DNA of 64,000 bases from Octopus sinensis (GCF_006345805.1 NC_043018.1:25296001-25360000), one strand, 5' to 3'; counted from the stretch's first letter, positions 1-14,951 are shown. The notes: a model not told the origin generated them from the letters alone. Translations and numbers: made by a program.

Positions 1-174
1 ATAAATATATCTGAACCAAGACCAGTATTTTTATTCTCAAAATTGCCAAATGAAAATTAATTCACAATTCTAGAAACACCAAACTTTTCTGTTACTTTCT
101 ACAACACACCAACCAACAGAGAAAGCTTTCACCATTTAAGCATCACTCCATCAACACACCACTGCACCCAAATT

Positions 175-305
175 ATATACATACATACATACATATACAT
201 ACACCACACACACACACACATGTATAAAGGTATATATCATCATCGTCATCATTTAATGTCCACGTTCCATGCTGGCAGGGGTGCATATAAATATGATGAT
301 ATATA

Positions 306-353
<48 letters not shown>

Positions 354-525
354 CTATATATATATATATATCTATATATATATATATATATTATATATTA
401 TATATATATATATATATATTATATATAATATATATATATATAATATATTTTATATACATATATTATATATATAATATATATATATATTTATATACATATA
501 TTATATATATATATATATATATATT

Positions 526-576
<51 letters not shown>

Positions 577-666
577 ATATATATATATATATATATATTT
601 ATATACATATATTATTATATATATATATATTTATATATATATATATTTATATATATATATATATAT

Positions 667-707
<41 letters not shown>

Positions 708-725
708 ATATATATATATATATTA

Positions 726-766
<41 letters not shown>

Positions 767-899
767 AGTGTATGTATAGCTATGTCTATATACATATATA
801 TTGTGTGTGAAGGTGCATATATACATATATTGTGTGTATGTATATATATTATAAGTGTATGTATAGCTATGTCTATATACGTATATACTGTGTGTGAAG

Positions 900-948
<49 letters not shown>

Positions 949-960
949 GTGTGTGTGTGT
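175..960. repeat. Long degenerate (TA)n/(CA)n/(TACA)n microsatellite complex
   Basis: Almost pure TA dinucleotide with interruptions; source of the spurious YIYI ORFs. Confidence 0.95.
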
Positions 961-3832
961 AGGTATATATATGCATCTATGTATACACATACATAGCACC
1001 TGAAAATGAACAATGAAAACAAATTGGCAAAGGACATGTATAAACAAGCAAAGGTGAAAATATCAGAGTCAGAATTTTAGCATTCTAACGAATTCTATAT
1101 CTCAAACATTACAAAACACATTATATAAATATACATAATTTCACCGAAAATACATAAAACAAGGCAATGTTTAGTTAAAAATAATATATTCTTACAAATG
1201 ATTTTTACTTTAATACATTCAATATTTAAAAACAGACAAATTTTTTCAAAACAAATAATAATGAACAAGGCGAAGCAGGGAAGATACAATAAATAGTCAA
1301 ATAACAACAAGAGAATTGTCCATATTTTCCCTGTCTCACACGCTGTCCTCTTGGTTTTGTTTTCAATTAATATCATTAAATATTAATATTATTATTATAA
1401 ATGCAGTTTTAATCATGTTGTGATGAGTAAACAATGTTTTACTGTTAAAAAGACAGCAACGAAGAAGGGGAGGAAGGTAGTGTGTGGAAGGGAGGGAGGT
1501 AGGGAAGGAGGAAGAGTGAGAGAGAAAGGAATAGAGAGAACCACATGGCTGCAGGTTCAGTCCCACCATGGGCAAGTGTCTTCTGCTATAGCCTCAGGTC
1601 GACCAAGGCCATGAGTGGATTTGGTAGACGGAAACTGAAAGAAGCCTGTCATATATAGTTATGTATATATTTGTTTGTCTCCCACCACTGCTTGACAACC
1701 GGTGTTGGTGTGTTTACATCTCTGTAACTTAGCAACCGATAGAACAAGTGCCAGGCTTTAAAAAACTAAGTAAGTAGTGGGGTGGATTCACTAAAACCCA
1801 TCAAGGCAGTGCCCCAGCATGGCCACAATCTACTGACTGAAACAAATAAACGATAAAGATAAATGACCAAGATCATCCTTTTCCTGGGGTTTTGTTTGCT
1901 GAACCCTTTTTAGTACCAACCTACCCTAGACTGCTCCTGATCCGAATAAAAAATTCCCTTTAGAATTTTGTTAATCCATGTCCCAAATATCAGCTTAACA
2001 ACAGCAGGATTATCTTACTAAACTTTTCATTATTTCTATTTCCAAAGTTAATCTTGTATTTCAACCAAAAGGGTTAATCCTAGATCAACCCTCATAGAGC
2101 AACACCTATGATCTTAGACATACTTCCCTCACCTGACTCTTGATTACTTTTAATGAATTTCTTCAATTTCTAATTCTAATATCCTTATCTCAACTCTTCG
2201 TAAATGGTTTCTAAAGTGTCATTCATTTCTAATATTCTGGAAACACATTCCTGGCCATGAAGAACCCTCCCGTTGGCAATAGGAAGCTGTCTACCATGAT
2301 GGAAGTCTACTGAATCAATGGAGAAGTGGACATTAAAACGATGATGACGGTGATGCAGATTGTGATTGGAGGAATATTTAGTAGCTATTTCTAGCACGTC
2401 AAACAAATGTATAGAGGCACAACAACAATGGTCTTGATAAGAGGAGGCTAGTCCACACTACTGACACCCCCCACCAAAACACACACCCATAACTGACTGC
2501 TACTTAACTTTATCAACCACCCACCCCCAAATCAAAGTAAAGTTGTCCCAAACAGGATCTGACCACAGGATGTAAAGCAACAGACTACAACAAAGCAATT
2601 TTCATGCTCTACCAATTCTGCCAGCTCACCATCCTTAAAAGAATAAATTTCTAATTTCTCTCTGGCCAGGTAACCATGGATCTCCTCTATAACAAGACAT
2701 CTGATTCTGTCTCTCTCTGTTACACTTTAACCTCCTCCAATGCTCCTCCCCTCAAAATTCCTTGTCTTGCAAATTACTTGGTGACCCTGTCAGTGCAGGT
2801 AACACATAAAAAACATCCAGGCCATACTGTGAAGTGGTTGGCATTTGGAAGGTAATCATGCTGTAATGGCCATGCCAAAACTGACCTTGCCTATGTTGGT
2901 GCCACGTAAAAAGTACTCAGTCCACTCTGAGGGGTGGTTGGTGTTAGGAAGAGCATCCAGCCATAAAAAAACCATGCTAAAACAGGCACTAGCTCCTGCC
3001 AAACTGCCCAACCCATGCCAGCATGGAAGATGGACATTAAACGATGATGATGTACAAGACAACCAATATTGAAAGAAGGGAAGAGAAGCTGGAGGGGGAT
3101 GCTAGTCATTTGCAACGACCCCTACTATTTGACAGATACTTCATTTTATCGACTTCACTGGGATGCAAGGCAAAGCTGACTTCAGTGGGGTTTGAACTCA
3201 AAACATAGAACATAAAAAACCCCCACACCAAATAAAAGCAAAACATTTTATCTGATGCTGGTTGGCATTAGGAAGGGCATCCAGCCGTAGAAACATTGCC
3301 AGATCAGACTGGGCCTGGTGCAGCCTTCTGGCCTCCCAGACCCCAGTTGAACTGTCCAACCCATGCTAGCATGGAAAGCAGACGCTAAATGATGATGATG
3401 ATGCTGTACTGATTCTGGGCCAATCCCTCGCTCACCACTTCTTTATTAATTACCAAAGCAGAACACAGAGATTTGTCATCAACATCATTTTAATGCAATC
3501 CCCTTTTTTACCATGCATGCATGGGTTGGATGAAGTTCATCAAGGTAGACTTCCTACAGACCAATGCCTCTCCTGTCACCAGCCCTCACCTGTTTACAAG
3601 CAAGGTGATATCCAACCCCCACTTTCATGGTCAGACATCTCGCAGAATATTGGAAATGAGTGACATTGCTATCATGCAATGTCGAAGCAAGAACACACAA
3701 ACATACATATACACAAAATATACACACACATTATTTCACCTAAACAGTCACAGAAGTCTGGTGCAGGTTTCTTCCTGGCTGGTTTTTGTGAAACCATCCC
3801 ACCATGCCACATGGAAGGCAGACGGTAAACGA

Positions 3833-3864
<32 letters not shown>

Positions 3865-3869
<5 letters not shown>

Positions 3870-4095
3870 CATTATTTATATTTGACAGATATTTGTCCTC
3901 ATCTTGTTGGTTGTTAACACAACGATTCCAGGCAGTGACCTTAATAATAACAACATCACAAAATACCTTAAGAATGAGAACCTAGGTTCAAAATTTCCCC
4001 AAGACACCTGATGAAGGCTGGAGGGTATCTCAGCCGAAATGTTGTGTTAACAACAAACAAGATGAGGACAAACATCCATCAAATATAAATAAAGT
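3865..4095. mobile_element. Penelope-like terminal-repeat relic with inverted partial copy and hammerhead-like core (+ strand)
   Basis: tttgacagatatttgtcctcatcttgtt...gttaacacaacg is inverted against ...gttgtgttaacaacaaacaagatgaggacaaac; contains CTGATGA-stemII-GAAA at 4008-4039. Confidence 0.6.
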
Positions 4096-4687
4096 ACATT
4101 GATATAATTTGCCCTTTCTTTATTTTTTGTTCTAAATGATGGTTCTGGGTTCAGTCCCACTGCATGGCACCTCGAGCAAGAGTGTTCCACTATAGCTCCA
4201 GACTGACCAAAGACTTGTGAGTGGATTTGGTAGATCAAAAGACTTGTGAGTGGATTTGGTAGATTTGAAAGCTCGTCACACATACATCATCATCATTTAA
4301 CATCTGTTGTCCATGCTGGCATGGGTTGGATGGTTTGACCGGGGCTGGCAAGATAGGAAGGCTGCACCTGACTCCAGTTTGATTTGGCATGGTTTTCTAC
4401 AGCTGGATGCCCATCCTAATGCCAACCACTCCGAGAGTGTAATGGATGCTTTCACGTGCCATTCGTGTGACACCGGTATCTGCCACGACTGCTATTTTGC
4501 TCAGCTTGATGGGTTTTCTTCTCAAGCATGACATGATGCCAAAGGTCTTGGCCATTGCCTCCGTGAGGCCCAAAACTGTTTATTTATTTATTGTTTTATT
4601 TCTAAATTAGTTTCAATCATTAAACAGCGCCCAAACTGGAGTACATCTTTTATAATAAAGTTGATGGTATCAACATATCAACTCCCT

Positions 4688-4742
<55 letters not shown>

Positions 4743-5051
4743 TTATATATATTTATTTATTGAACTTGGAAAAATGGAAACCAAAGAAGAACTGGGCAGA
4801 ATTTGAACTCAGAAAAATAAATTAAGAATTGTGCCTAATCCACTACTAATTCTTCTACTTACACCATGTACATATATATACATATGTATGAATGTATATA
4901 ATACAGACTTAAGTGTGTGCATATTAATATAAACATATATATTACATACATTCACATATACATATTTATAAACATATAAACACACACACATCTATATAAG
5001 CATGTACATATATATATATATATATAATATATATATATTATATATATATAT

Positions 5052-5084
<33 letters not shown>

Positions 5085-5116
5085 TGTACACACATCTATA
5101 TAAACATATGTACATT

Positions 5117-5148
<32 letters not shown>

Positions 5149-6034
5149 ATACATACATACATACACACACACATCTATATAAACATATGTACATTTATAT
5201 ATATATATATGCACACACACACACATATATGTACACACACATCTCTTTTGACACTCAACTGATTCTATCTATTCATGATTTTTGAGAAACAGGAGAAGAG
5301 GTGGGTAGCTTTTCTAATTTGTAAAATATAATTCTGGAACAAACAAATCATATTCACTGGTTTTGTGGTGGTAGTCATTGATGTAAGGGTTCGGTTGGAT
5401 TGAGAGAAAGGAAGAAAGAGAAGGGACGGTGGGAAGGACAAGGATAGAGGGTGAAGGGGGACATAGAGGGGGGTGGGGTGATATCAACAGACAGATGCGT
5501 TTATTTTCGACATAGATTTGATTTGAGGTGTCAGAAAAAAGGGGGAAGTGAGTGAGTCTGATTTGTCCCCGCAAAAACATCAAAGTCTTATTTCAAAACA
5601 AAAACGTCAGTTTGAAATTAGTTTCACATTTAAAACCTAGGTTGGACATAAACTGCGGTTATCACGTCTTCCAACACTCCCATGGATCTTTCTGAAAGAA
5701 CAAATAGAGGTATGAATAAGCCATGAACACCAAAAAACTGGGTACACAGAAAGAGCGAGAGAGAGACAGACAGACAGACAGTGGGGTACATAGTATTTCG
5801 GATAGTTCACAGCAAGGTACACAATATTATAGAGACATCACACCAGGGAGTGCAGCTAGGGCCATAGGCTTATGTCAGCAGTGTACACAGTATTACAACA
5901 GATCAGGGGACATACTATTAATGATACATCACAGTGGGAGACACACACTCACACACGCACATATATATATATATTCTTTTATACATTTCAGCCCTGAGGT
6001 TGTGGCCATGCTGAGGCATACATACACACACACA

Positions 6035-6066
<32 letters not shown>

Positions 6067-6074
6067 GCATACAG

Positions 6075-6124
<50 letters not shown>

Positions 6125-6263
6125 GTTGAATGAATTATCTTATTATGGATAATTCGGTTAACCGATACCTGGGTAGCAAATTTACGTCAGAAAAACACGG
6201 TTGAAGCTACATGCCTAGGGCAGAGATCACGTGCTTTCGTGTGGAAATGTGTGTTTTTTTAAA

Positions 6264-6672
6264 TACAAATAAATGAAAGAATGGAGTTGAACGACGAATT
6301 AACAAAATTCCCCTATTTTCGACATATGTTTCGAAGGCTGCATATTCCTAATTTCGAAGAAATAAGGGGTGCATTATACCGCCTTCTCATCAGGAAAAAC
6401 AAGGAACTTATGTCAGCATCAAGATGCACAAAAACTTTTAGATGACTGCCCACACGGAGCTCATTATCGCTATGGGCTCCGTGTGGGCAGTCATCTAAAA
6501 GTTTTTGTGCATCTTGATGCTGACATAAGTTCCTTGTTTTTCCTGATGAGAAGGCGGCATAATGCACCCCTTATTCCTTCGAAATTAGGAATATGCAGCC
6601 TTCGAAACATATGTCGAAAATAGGGGAATTTTGTTAATTCGTCGTTCAACTCCATTCTTTCATTTATTTGTA
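6264..6672. repeat. Near-perfect foldback hairpin, about 200-bp arms and about 6-nt loop, within a TA-flanked element (about 6121-6672)
   Basis: 6264-6464 is the reverse complement of 6472-6672 with about 2-3 mismatches. Confidence 0.95.
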
Positions 6673-7537
6673 CATATATATATATATATATTTACAGAGA
6701 TCACAACAGGGTATACAGTAATACAGATATAAAACAGTAGGGTACATACTATTGCAAACACACCATAGCAGGGTACACTGCCAGTATTGCAGATATATCA
6801 CAATAGCAGAGTTGATAGAATTACAGACATATATCATGGTAGGGTACATTAGATGTATTGCAGCAGGGTACACATCACAACAGAGTATGCCAACAGTACC
6901 ACAGGCACATAACAGCTAGGTACTTCAATAGTACCACAGCTGAGTACACCAGCAGTATCACAAACACATTACAGCTTAGACATCAGAGCATGCCACACGA
7001 CCAATATTAAAGACATGGTGTAACATACCATACAGCCTGTACTATAGACACATCATGGCTACAGTTAGGGGACATAGAGACATCACATTTGGGCATAAAG
7101 CTACAACCATGAATACATAGAAAGTGGATACATCGAGTACAAAGGGGGTAGAATTGTGGGGTGAGACTGACAAAAAAAAATTAAGAAAAAAACACACACA
7201 CAAGGTGTTAAATCTGTGAAGAAAGAAAATCGAGTGACCTACAACAGACTCAACAGAAAGTAATAGATGGACTTCTCACCTTAGTGAGCAGGTGAGAAGT
7301 TATCTTCAGCAACACTAACAACTACTACAACTGTTACAGATATCACTACCACAACTACTACATCTACTTTCACAACAATTATTACAACTACCACCACAGC
7401 TACCATCCCCACTACCATAAGTCAACTGAATGTTCTGTTCCAAGTAATAAAACCTAATATTATGAATTGTCTCTAAAGTCATGTTTTTTTCTATTTGCAC
7501 CTAAGTTTATATATATATATGTATGTATGTATATATA

Positions 7538-8778
7538 CAGGGTGTGATGGGTAAATTGTTGCCATTTTATATTTTTAATTTCACACGTGTGCATTGCTTG
7601 TTTTCGATTTTGTTGACTACACAGTATAGTAGGGTCAGTTGGGCACCATTTGTGAGAAAAACAGCACCACGACACAATTTACTCTGCCAAAAATTTGAAG
7701 CGATATGCTGTACTGCTTGACATTCGCACCAGAAGCTTCAAATATAAAACATTTCAGAGTGTTTGGAGTGATCACTAGTGATGCTGGCGTTATGCTTCCA
7801 TTCATCTTACCACACAGCCTCACACTCAACACAGAGGCCTACATAAAGTGCCTGGAGGTAGAGCTGCTCTGGGTCAATAGAGCGGCTGCTGGTACACCCT
7901 ATGTCTGGCAACAGGACTTTGCACCATGCCACAAAAGCAGGAGAAGCCAGTCATAGTTGTCAGACAATTTCTGCTACCACACCACCCCACCCCTAAGATC
8001 TGGCCACCTAACTCCCCAGACTGCAACCTCCTTGATGTGTAAAGCACTGTTGAGCAAGAGACCAACAAAACTCCTTGTAACACCAAAGATGAACCGAAGG
8101 TAAAGATTATGGCAGCATTCACCAACAAGGAGATCAACCAGCAGTGTTGCAGGAGATTCCGAAGTTGTCTGGAGGCCATGGTTAAAGCCAATGGCAATTT
8201 CATTGAATAAATTTACTCTTTAGTATTTCAAGGTATCTCTCTATATATAAACGGCAGTTTGTCTGTCAGGTTGTACCCTCACCCTGACCACGGCTTTCAA
8301 CCGATTCTGATGAAACTTGACACACACATAGCCCAATGTCATAATTCAAAACTAACGCAGCGAAAATTTTGAAAAGTTCCCCCAGTTCTGAAAAAATCGA
8401 TAAATTCGACATGGGGTCGAGAATCTAAGCTTTTTATATGCAACACATTTTCTGGACTGTATGTGAGCTGTTCACGCGTTGGGAGGCGCAATGATGTTTT
8501 CATGTTTTCGCCCAAAGGGACAGCTAGGAACATCGTATACACAGAAGTATTTGAGTGAAGAGAAGACATTGCAACCTACACATGCGCCTTCGTTCCCTAG
8601 AGGGAAAGGACTAGATTGCGATTAGTCGTTGCCTATTAGGGTCTCTTACATACCCGGGCAATGCTGGGCTATGCTGCTAGTTTTCATATAATTCTGGTAA
8701 ATATATCTGTTAAAATGAGATGTCAATGTTATTTTCATTTTTGCATAATTTAGACGACAGTTTATTCACCGCACCCTG
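7538..8778 (+). mobile_element. Degenerate Tc1/mariner element (maT/DD37D-like) with transposase relic
   Basis: TA|CAGGGTG...CACCCTG|TG termini with imperfect TIRs; relic motifs YVWQQDFAPCH and IWPPNSPDCNLLD (about 7900-8040). Confidence 0.85.
8236..8680 (+). mobile_element. Non-autonomous Helitron nested in the mariner relic
   Basis: A|TC 5' end, subterminal hairpin CCCGGGCAATGCTGGG, CTAG|T 3' end, no TSD; 445 bp. Confidence 0.85.
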
Positions 8779-8780
8779 TG

Positions 8781-8828
<48 letters not shown>

Positions 8829-11276
8829 TATACATACACACACACACAGTTCACAGATGAGATCCTGAGATTCTCTGAACAGAAGACTCTTAGTGTTCAA
8901 CAGATTCAAACTTAGATTCTGATGTCTTTACAGGGGATTGATTCCACAAGTTAAAGAAAGGCTATGAGAGGGATCAAGTTGATCAGGTATAGAGGCAATT
9001 ATGCCTCTTATACCCTTTCTCTACCTTGTGAAATGATGCCCTGTAAAGACATTGGAATCTATATTTGATGTGTCTAATTTGCTTTATTCGCATAATTGCC
9101 TCTACATATGTGGGTGGTGTGTCTGTATATGTGTGTATCTATCTATCTATCTATCTATATATATATATATATACCTTAGCCATACACACTCATCTCTATA
9201 TATAGCCATGCTAGTCATAGATAGTAACTTCCACTATACATATCTAGGCCAAGACCAGTGCTATGAACTGGTTGAAATAACAGCCAAATCCCCTACCCAC
9301 CTAAATCACACCCTATTGCTTTACAAAAAAAAATTAAGAATACACTGTATGTTGTAGTCCTTGATATACCTAGGTCCTCTGGATCAAATTCTAAGACAGA
9401 GCTAAACAGAAGCAACAAGTCACATTTGTCTTTCGTTTCCAACTGTCTCTGTGTTATAACTGAATGTCCCCATTTAGAACAAGAACCTAAATATACGGAC
9501 ACAGCTGGGGAAACCATTGCTCAGTTGTTAATATTCCATTCTTAACTGTAATAAGGTGCCACAGGAAGCATACTCTACCTAACTGTAAAGAGGGACAACA
9601 GTGGAGGATATGCAACCCTGCTGTATAGAAGTTGTACCCCAGTGAGGTACAACTTTCTTAGCTATATATAGGGGTCCACAGTGTTTGGTAATGTCCACCT
9701 TGCTGTATACATAAGGTCAACTAAATTACGCTACCTAGATGTTTAGGAGTATCACAGAGAGGTATTGAGGTACCATTATTAAGTACAGTCCTCCTAGCTG
9801 CAAAGAACTATCAGTGTGGTACAGCCCAGGTAGCTGTAAACAGGTACCACAATGATGTAACAGTTCAATGCTGTAAACAACAGCAACACTGCAATCCAGT
9901 GACTTGCAGTGTTGAGTCCAGTGACTTGTGTGCAGAAAGCTAACTGCAAATAGTCCAGCGTCCCCACCCTAGAGGCAATTTCTTAACCCTTTCACTGGCT
10001 ACAGACAACCAAAAGCTAAGCTTATTACAGTGAAGTCCTATTTAGTTGTAGTTTCAAAATAACAAGGTTTGTATCGTTACCATTATTATTTAATGGCAGA
10101 GCTGGAATCAATTTCAACTGTATGGAGAATCTGAAAAACACACAAGAGAAAAAAAAAGAAGACACAGTTCTTCATTAAATAAATTTAAATGAAATGTGAA
10201 TAATAAATAAGTTTTTTTCTACTTTTGGTACAAGGCCAGCAAATTTGAAGGGGAGGGGCAAATCAGTTACATCGGCTCCAGTACTCGACTGGTACTTTTA
10301 TTTTACCAACCCCCAAAGCAGGAATGAAAGGTAATGTCGACCTACATAGAATTTGAACCCAGAAATGTAAAGAGATAGATGAAAGAATGAAAAGCATTTC
10401 GTCTGATGCGCTAATGACTCTGCCAACATGCCAGGAATTGATGTAAATAATGTTGGGTTTCAAATCTCGATGCAAGACCTATAATTTCAGGGTGGCAGGT
10501 AGGTTGATTACATCAACCCCAAATGCTCGTCAGGTACTTGTTTTATTTACCCTGAAAAGATGAAAGATGACCTTGGTGGAATGTGAACTAGAAACATTAA
10601 AGACGAGATCAAATGCTACTCAGTGTTTTGCCCAACCTGTTAATAATTCTGCCAGCTCTCCGCCTTGTTAAAGTCAATAACTATTCCTTTCTAATATAGG
10701 CACAAGGCCTGAAATTTGGGGGAAAGGGGACTAGTTGATTACATCGATCCCAGCACTTGACTGGTACTTATTTAATCAATCCCAGTGCGTAACTGGTACT
10801 TATTTCATTGACCCCAAAAGGATGAAAGGCAAAGTCGACCTTAGTGGAATTTGAACTCAGAACGTAATGACATGCGAAATACCACTAAATATTTTCGTCC
10901 AGCGTGCTAACGATTCTGCCAGTTCACCACCTTAATGATAATAATAATAGCAGTTCCTTTACATGGACACATGACCCACACTTCTAAATGTACTTAACTC
11001 CCAGTACATTACTGGTACACACTTCATTAATTCCAATGAGATAAAAGAGTGGCAAAATCAACTGTGACAGGATTGAACCCACAACCTGGTAGAATGAACC
11101 TAATTACTGTAAATCATTTATAAATACTCTACAGATACTATATCATCAACCATTTACAGGACAGTTCTTTGCATGGCACCGTTTTGTTTTGTTCACTTCA
11201 ACCACCAACACACTATACAACACAAGCCCAATCAATACAAGAGACAGTCACATCTACACATTACAGCCGCTTGGTC

Positions 11277-11765
11277 AATACATTATATGGTCATCCTGTC
11301 GATTACATTATACAGTCAGTCTATACATTATATAGTCATCCAGATGATTACATTATACAGTCGGTCTATACAAGTCAGTCTATACATTATATAGTCATAT
11401 ATATACATTATATAGTCAGTCTATACATTATATAGTCATCCAGTTGATTACATTATACAGTCGGTCTATACAAGTCAGTCTATACATTATATAGTCATCC
11501 AGATGATTACATTATACAGTCGGTCTATACAAGTCAGTCTATACATTATATAGTCATATATATACATTATATAGTCAGTCTATACATTATATAGTCATCC
11601 AGTCGATTACATTATATAGTCATCCAGATGATTACATTATACAGTCGGTCTATGCAAGTCAGTCTATACATTATACAGTCAGTCTATACATTATATAGTC
11701 ATATATATACATTATACAGTTAGTCTATACATTATATAGTCATCCAGTCAATTACATTATACAGT
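11277..11765. repeat. Composite minisatellite of 14-25-nt modules beginning TACATTAT/TACAAG
   Basis: Modules tacattatatagtcatccagatgat, tacattatacagtcggtcta, tacaagtcagtcta and tacattatatagtcatata recur in a patterned order. Confidence 0.9.
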
Positions 11766-12699
11766 ATCCTCAGCATCATCATTGAATGTTCACATCCCAT
11801 GCTGGCATAGGCGCATGGGTTGAAGGGTTGGAGAGGATCTGTTGACCCAAAGACTGGATATTGTGCACCAGCATCTGCTTTGGAATGGTCTCTACAGCTA
11901 GATGTCTTTCCTAATGCCAACCACAGCTGAATGCCTTTCCTAATGCTAACCCAGGACAGCCAGCAAGTACCAGGTGCCATTTTTTAAAAAATCCATACCA
12001 CCTGCACTACTGAGGTCAGCATGCAGCCCCATAAGACTACGAACCTCACAGGAAGGGGCAGGTGGGTTGAAGCTAGGGGACAAGGGGCTAAGATATGAGA
12101 GAAAGCAGGGGTGGAGTGGAGTCAGAACAGGCTCTTGCAGAGGGGCTGAATGGTGACTCACATTTAGTAAGGGAAGGAGAGAATGATCAGTAAGAGTTGT
12201 GAAGAGATAAATAGTGAAGACGAGGTGTCCAGGTGGCACATCTTAACCTGTCAGCCTGTCTATACATTTCTAGTCCACATAAGTCTTTATACATTAAACA
12301 GGTATAATCTATACCTGTGTGCAATCACTCAGTCACACAAGAATCACAAAACAGAATTTTTTTCCTATTTTCATATATCAAGGATCAGCAACTTCTTTTT
12401 GATATGGTCCACTTGTATATCATATCTCTTATATATAAAAAATATCCAAATGTATCCCTGCCGTTTCCATCACTAATAAAAGCTTATGCAAACAAAAACA
12501 TACACACAAAACAGAAGCAAATCATGACACAAAAGACTAATCTCTCAGCCACCAACTGCTAAAGGATTAACATAATCTAATCCAAATCTAAATTAAATAC
12601 TTGGCAACATTCAACTCTTCAACTTCACTCGTACTCGACTACTGCTGTACACCATCAAAGTCAAAGTGAAATGCAACCCCAATGTACCTAATATCCCAG

Positions 12700-13010
12700 C
12701 GCTACACTTCATCCACGTCCAAATGACATCCTCCATCAATACACCTGGATGTGGTAGCTTCACACCACCACATCCAGGTAAAACACTCCATCTACATCCA
12801 AGTGCCATACTCCACCCTCACCCAAGCGCCATACTCCACTTACATCCATGTTCCACACCTTGTCCCTGTCCAACCAAGTATCACATTCTACCCATATCTG
12901 AGTACCTTACACTACTTACATCCAAGAATCAGACATTAACCCACATCAAAGTTCCCCACACCACCCACATCCAAGTGTCACACCCTACCCATATCTAAGT
13001 GCCATACGCC
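12700..13010. repeat. Degenerate about 21-22-nt tandem repeat (catccaagtgccatactccac-like)
   Basis: Recurrent CATCCA/ATCCAAG cores at about 22-nt spacing. Confidence 0.65.
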
Positions 13011-14883
13011 TCTTATAACCGAAATACCATACACTATCCCCGTCAACATGTCGTACCCCACTTTCAGAGATAAACCCTAAAAGAAAGAAACCCCCACCAC
13101 CCCATGACCAATACCTTACAGCAAAAATAAAAATGAACTCCCCCAAAATCACCAGCAACTAAGAATTTTAAACACAGACCATTCAGGGGCAGAAAATACC
13201 CCAACAGAAAATACGCCTTCACAAAACCAAAATAACAATCAGCTAAAATGAGATGCTACCTTGAACTAATTAGATTAATAATTAATGTTAAAGACAAAAA
13301 AAAAAAATTTATATATATGCCCCAGCATGGCCACAGCTCATAAGCTGAAACTAGAATCAATCAATCATAAATATATACATATATATGGGTGTAACCAACT
13401 CACCTGTTAATGACTTCAGCTTGCAAAATTCTTCAAAGCCAGGTAGAAGTATTTCATAACAAAACAGTTAGGGGAGGAGTCATACGCTCTCACAGTAGAC
13501 AACAAAAAATGTATTTAATTACTTGTGATGAGGTCAATGACAGAGCTGATGACGGACAGTTTTGTAGCACGAAGAGAGAGAACCTGCACATCTTTACTAC
13601 CATAACTCCTAGCACCGATCATATCATCATAAATATATTAGAACAATTTCAAATTATACAAGCTAACTTGCACTTCATAATGATTTACAGATAATTTCAA
13701 CCAGAGGTTTTTCAGCAAACCCCTAAATATAAAACCATGACTTCAATCAAGCCTTTTTGTACTCATACTTTTCAACTTTGTTCGCTTGTAGGTCTATGAT
13801 GGTGCCCCACCACAATATTTAATAGTATTCACACTATATCTCTTCATATATGATGATCCCAGCTCAAAGTTTCCCCCAGCCTAATCCTTAAGGAGAAAAG
13901 ACAATCCCTTCCAGACATACAGACTTTATATTTTCACCCAATCTGTCTGTTTTCTTAGTTTATCAGAACAGCCATCCCACTCCTATTACAAAGCTGCAAT
14001 ACTAAAGAGAAGCAGCTTTAACAAAGAAATGGTTTATAAGGAATACCCTACTAGAAAGAGGGATATCATATGGTCCGACCCACCACATAGTATGAATCTA
14101 AAAACCAACATAGCTGGATAAACATATTCCAGTTATATTTACATCTAGCATTCTATAAACTGAAGCTATATCAAAACTAGGTATTGTTGTTTGAATGTTG
14201 CCGTAAAGATGACAAAATACAATTGAGCACTACACAAACATCTGTACTCTTAATGTAGTTCTCAGGGAGATTCAGCATGATGCAGAATTACAGGTACAAC
14301 ATATTTTTGAAGTATCTTTCTCAAGGACACACTGTGCTGCCAAGAATCAAACTCACAACCTTACAATCATGAGCTGAATATCCCAGGCCACGCCCTTAAC
14401 ATAATGAAATATGACACTAAACAACAATACCCAAGAAACTATACTGGACTCACAGAGTTTACCTTTAAGAGCAGATTCAACCAGAACACCTACTTCAGGA
14501 TCAGAGAGAGAGTCAACACCATTTTTCTGTAACTGTGTTTGGAAACTAAAAGATAGAATTGAAAATATCCCTGACCCTGGAGCCTACTAAATACTTGGCT
14601 TACAATGAGAGTGACCTCCCTTCGACTGTTAGAAACAGACAAAATGCATTAATCATCTCCCTTGAATTTTACTAGTGCCAACCGACAGCAGGAACCAGCC
14701 ACCATTATCTTGTTTTTTAGCATTTCACAGTCTGAGAGCCTTAACAATCATACATACAGACAAGCAACTTGATCGACATTACCTAAATAAATAAACGCTA
14801 CGATATTTCTGCTCTTATTCTCTTCTTCCTGCTTGTATTTCGAAATGCAAAAATGTGTTTGTTCATGTGTGTAAATCTATCTA

Positions 14884-14923
<40 letters not shown>

Positions 14924-14951
14924 TAAATCCTTAAAAATGTTTTAGCCTGAA

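Noticed and set aside
220-1047. Long YIYI/HTHT ORFs (also 38163-39065)
   Set aside because: Translations of TA/CA/TATG microsatellites, which are stop-poor by composition.
6313-6623. Mirror-image 84-aa ORFs on both strands
   Set aside because: A trivial consequence of the palindrome.
13410-13694. 94-aa ORF and nearby donor-like acag|gtgagt
   Set aside because: No recognisable homology and no consistent exon boundaries.
14790-14876. Possible terminal exon RFTHMNKHIFAFRN...
   Set aside because: The acceptor is embedded in (TA)n/(GATA)n with no pyrimidine tract, and spacing to 'AFR' does not match orthologs; likely chance.
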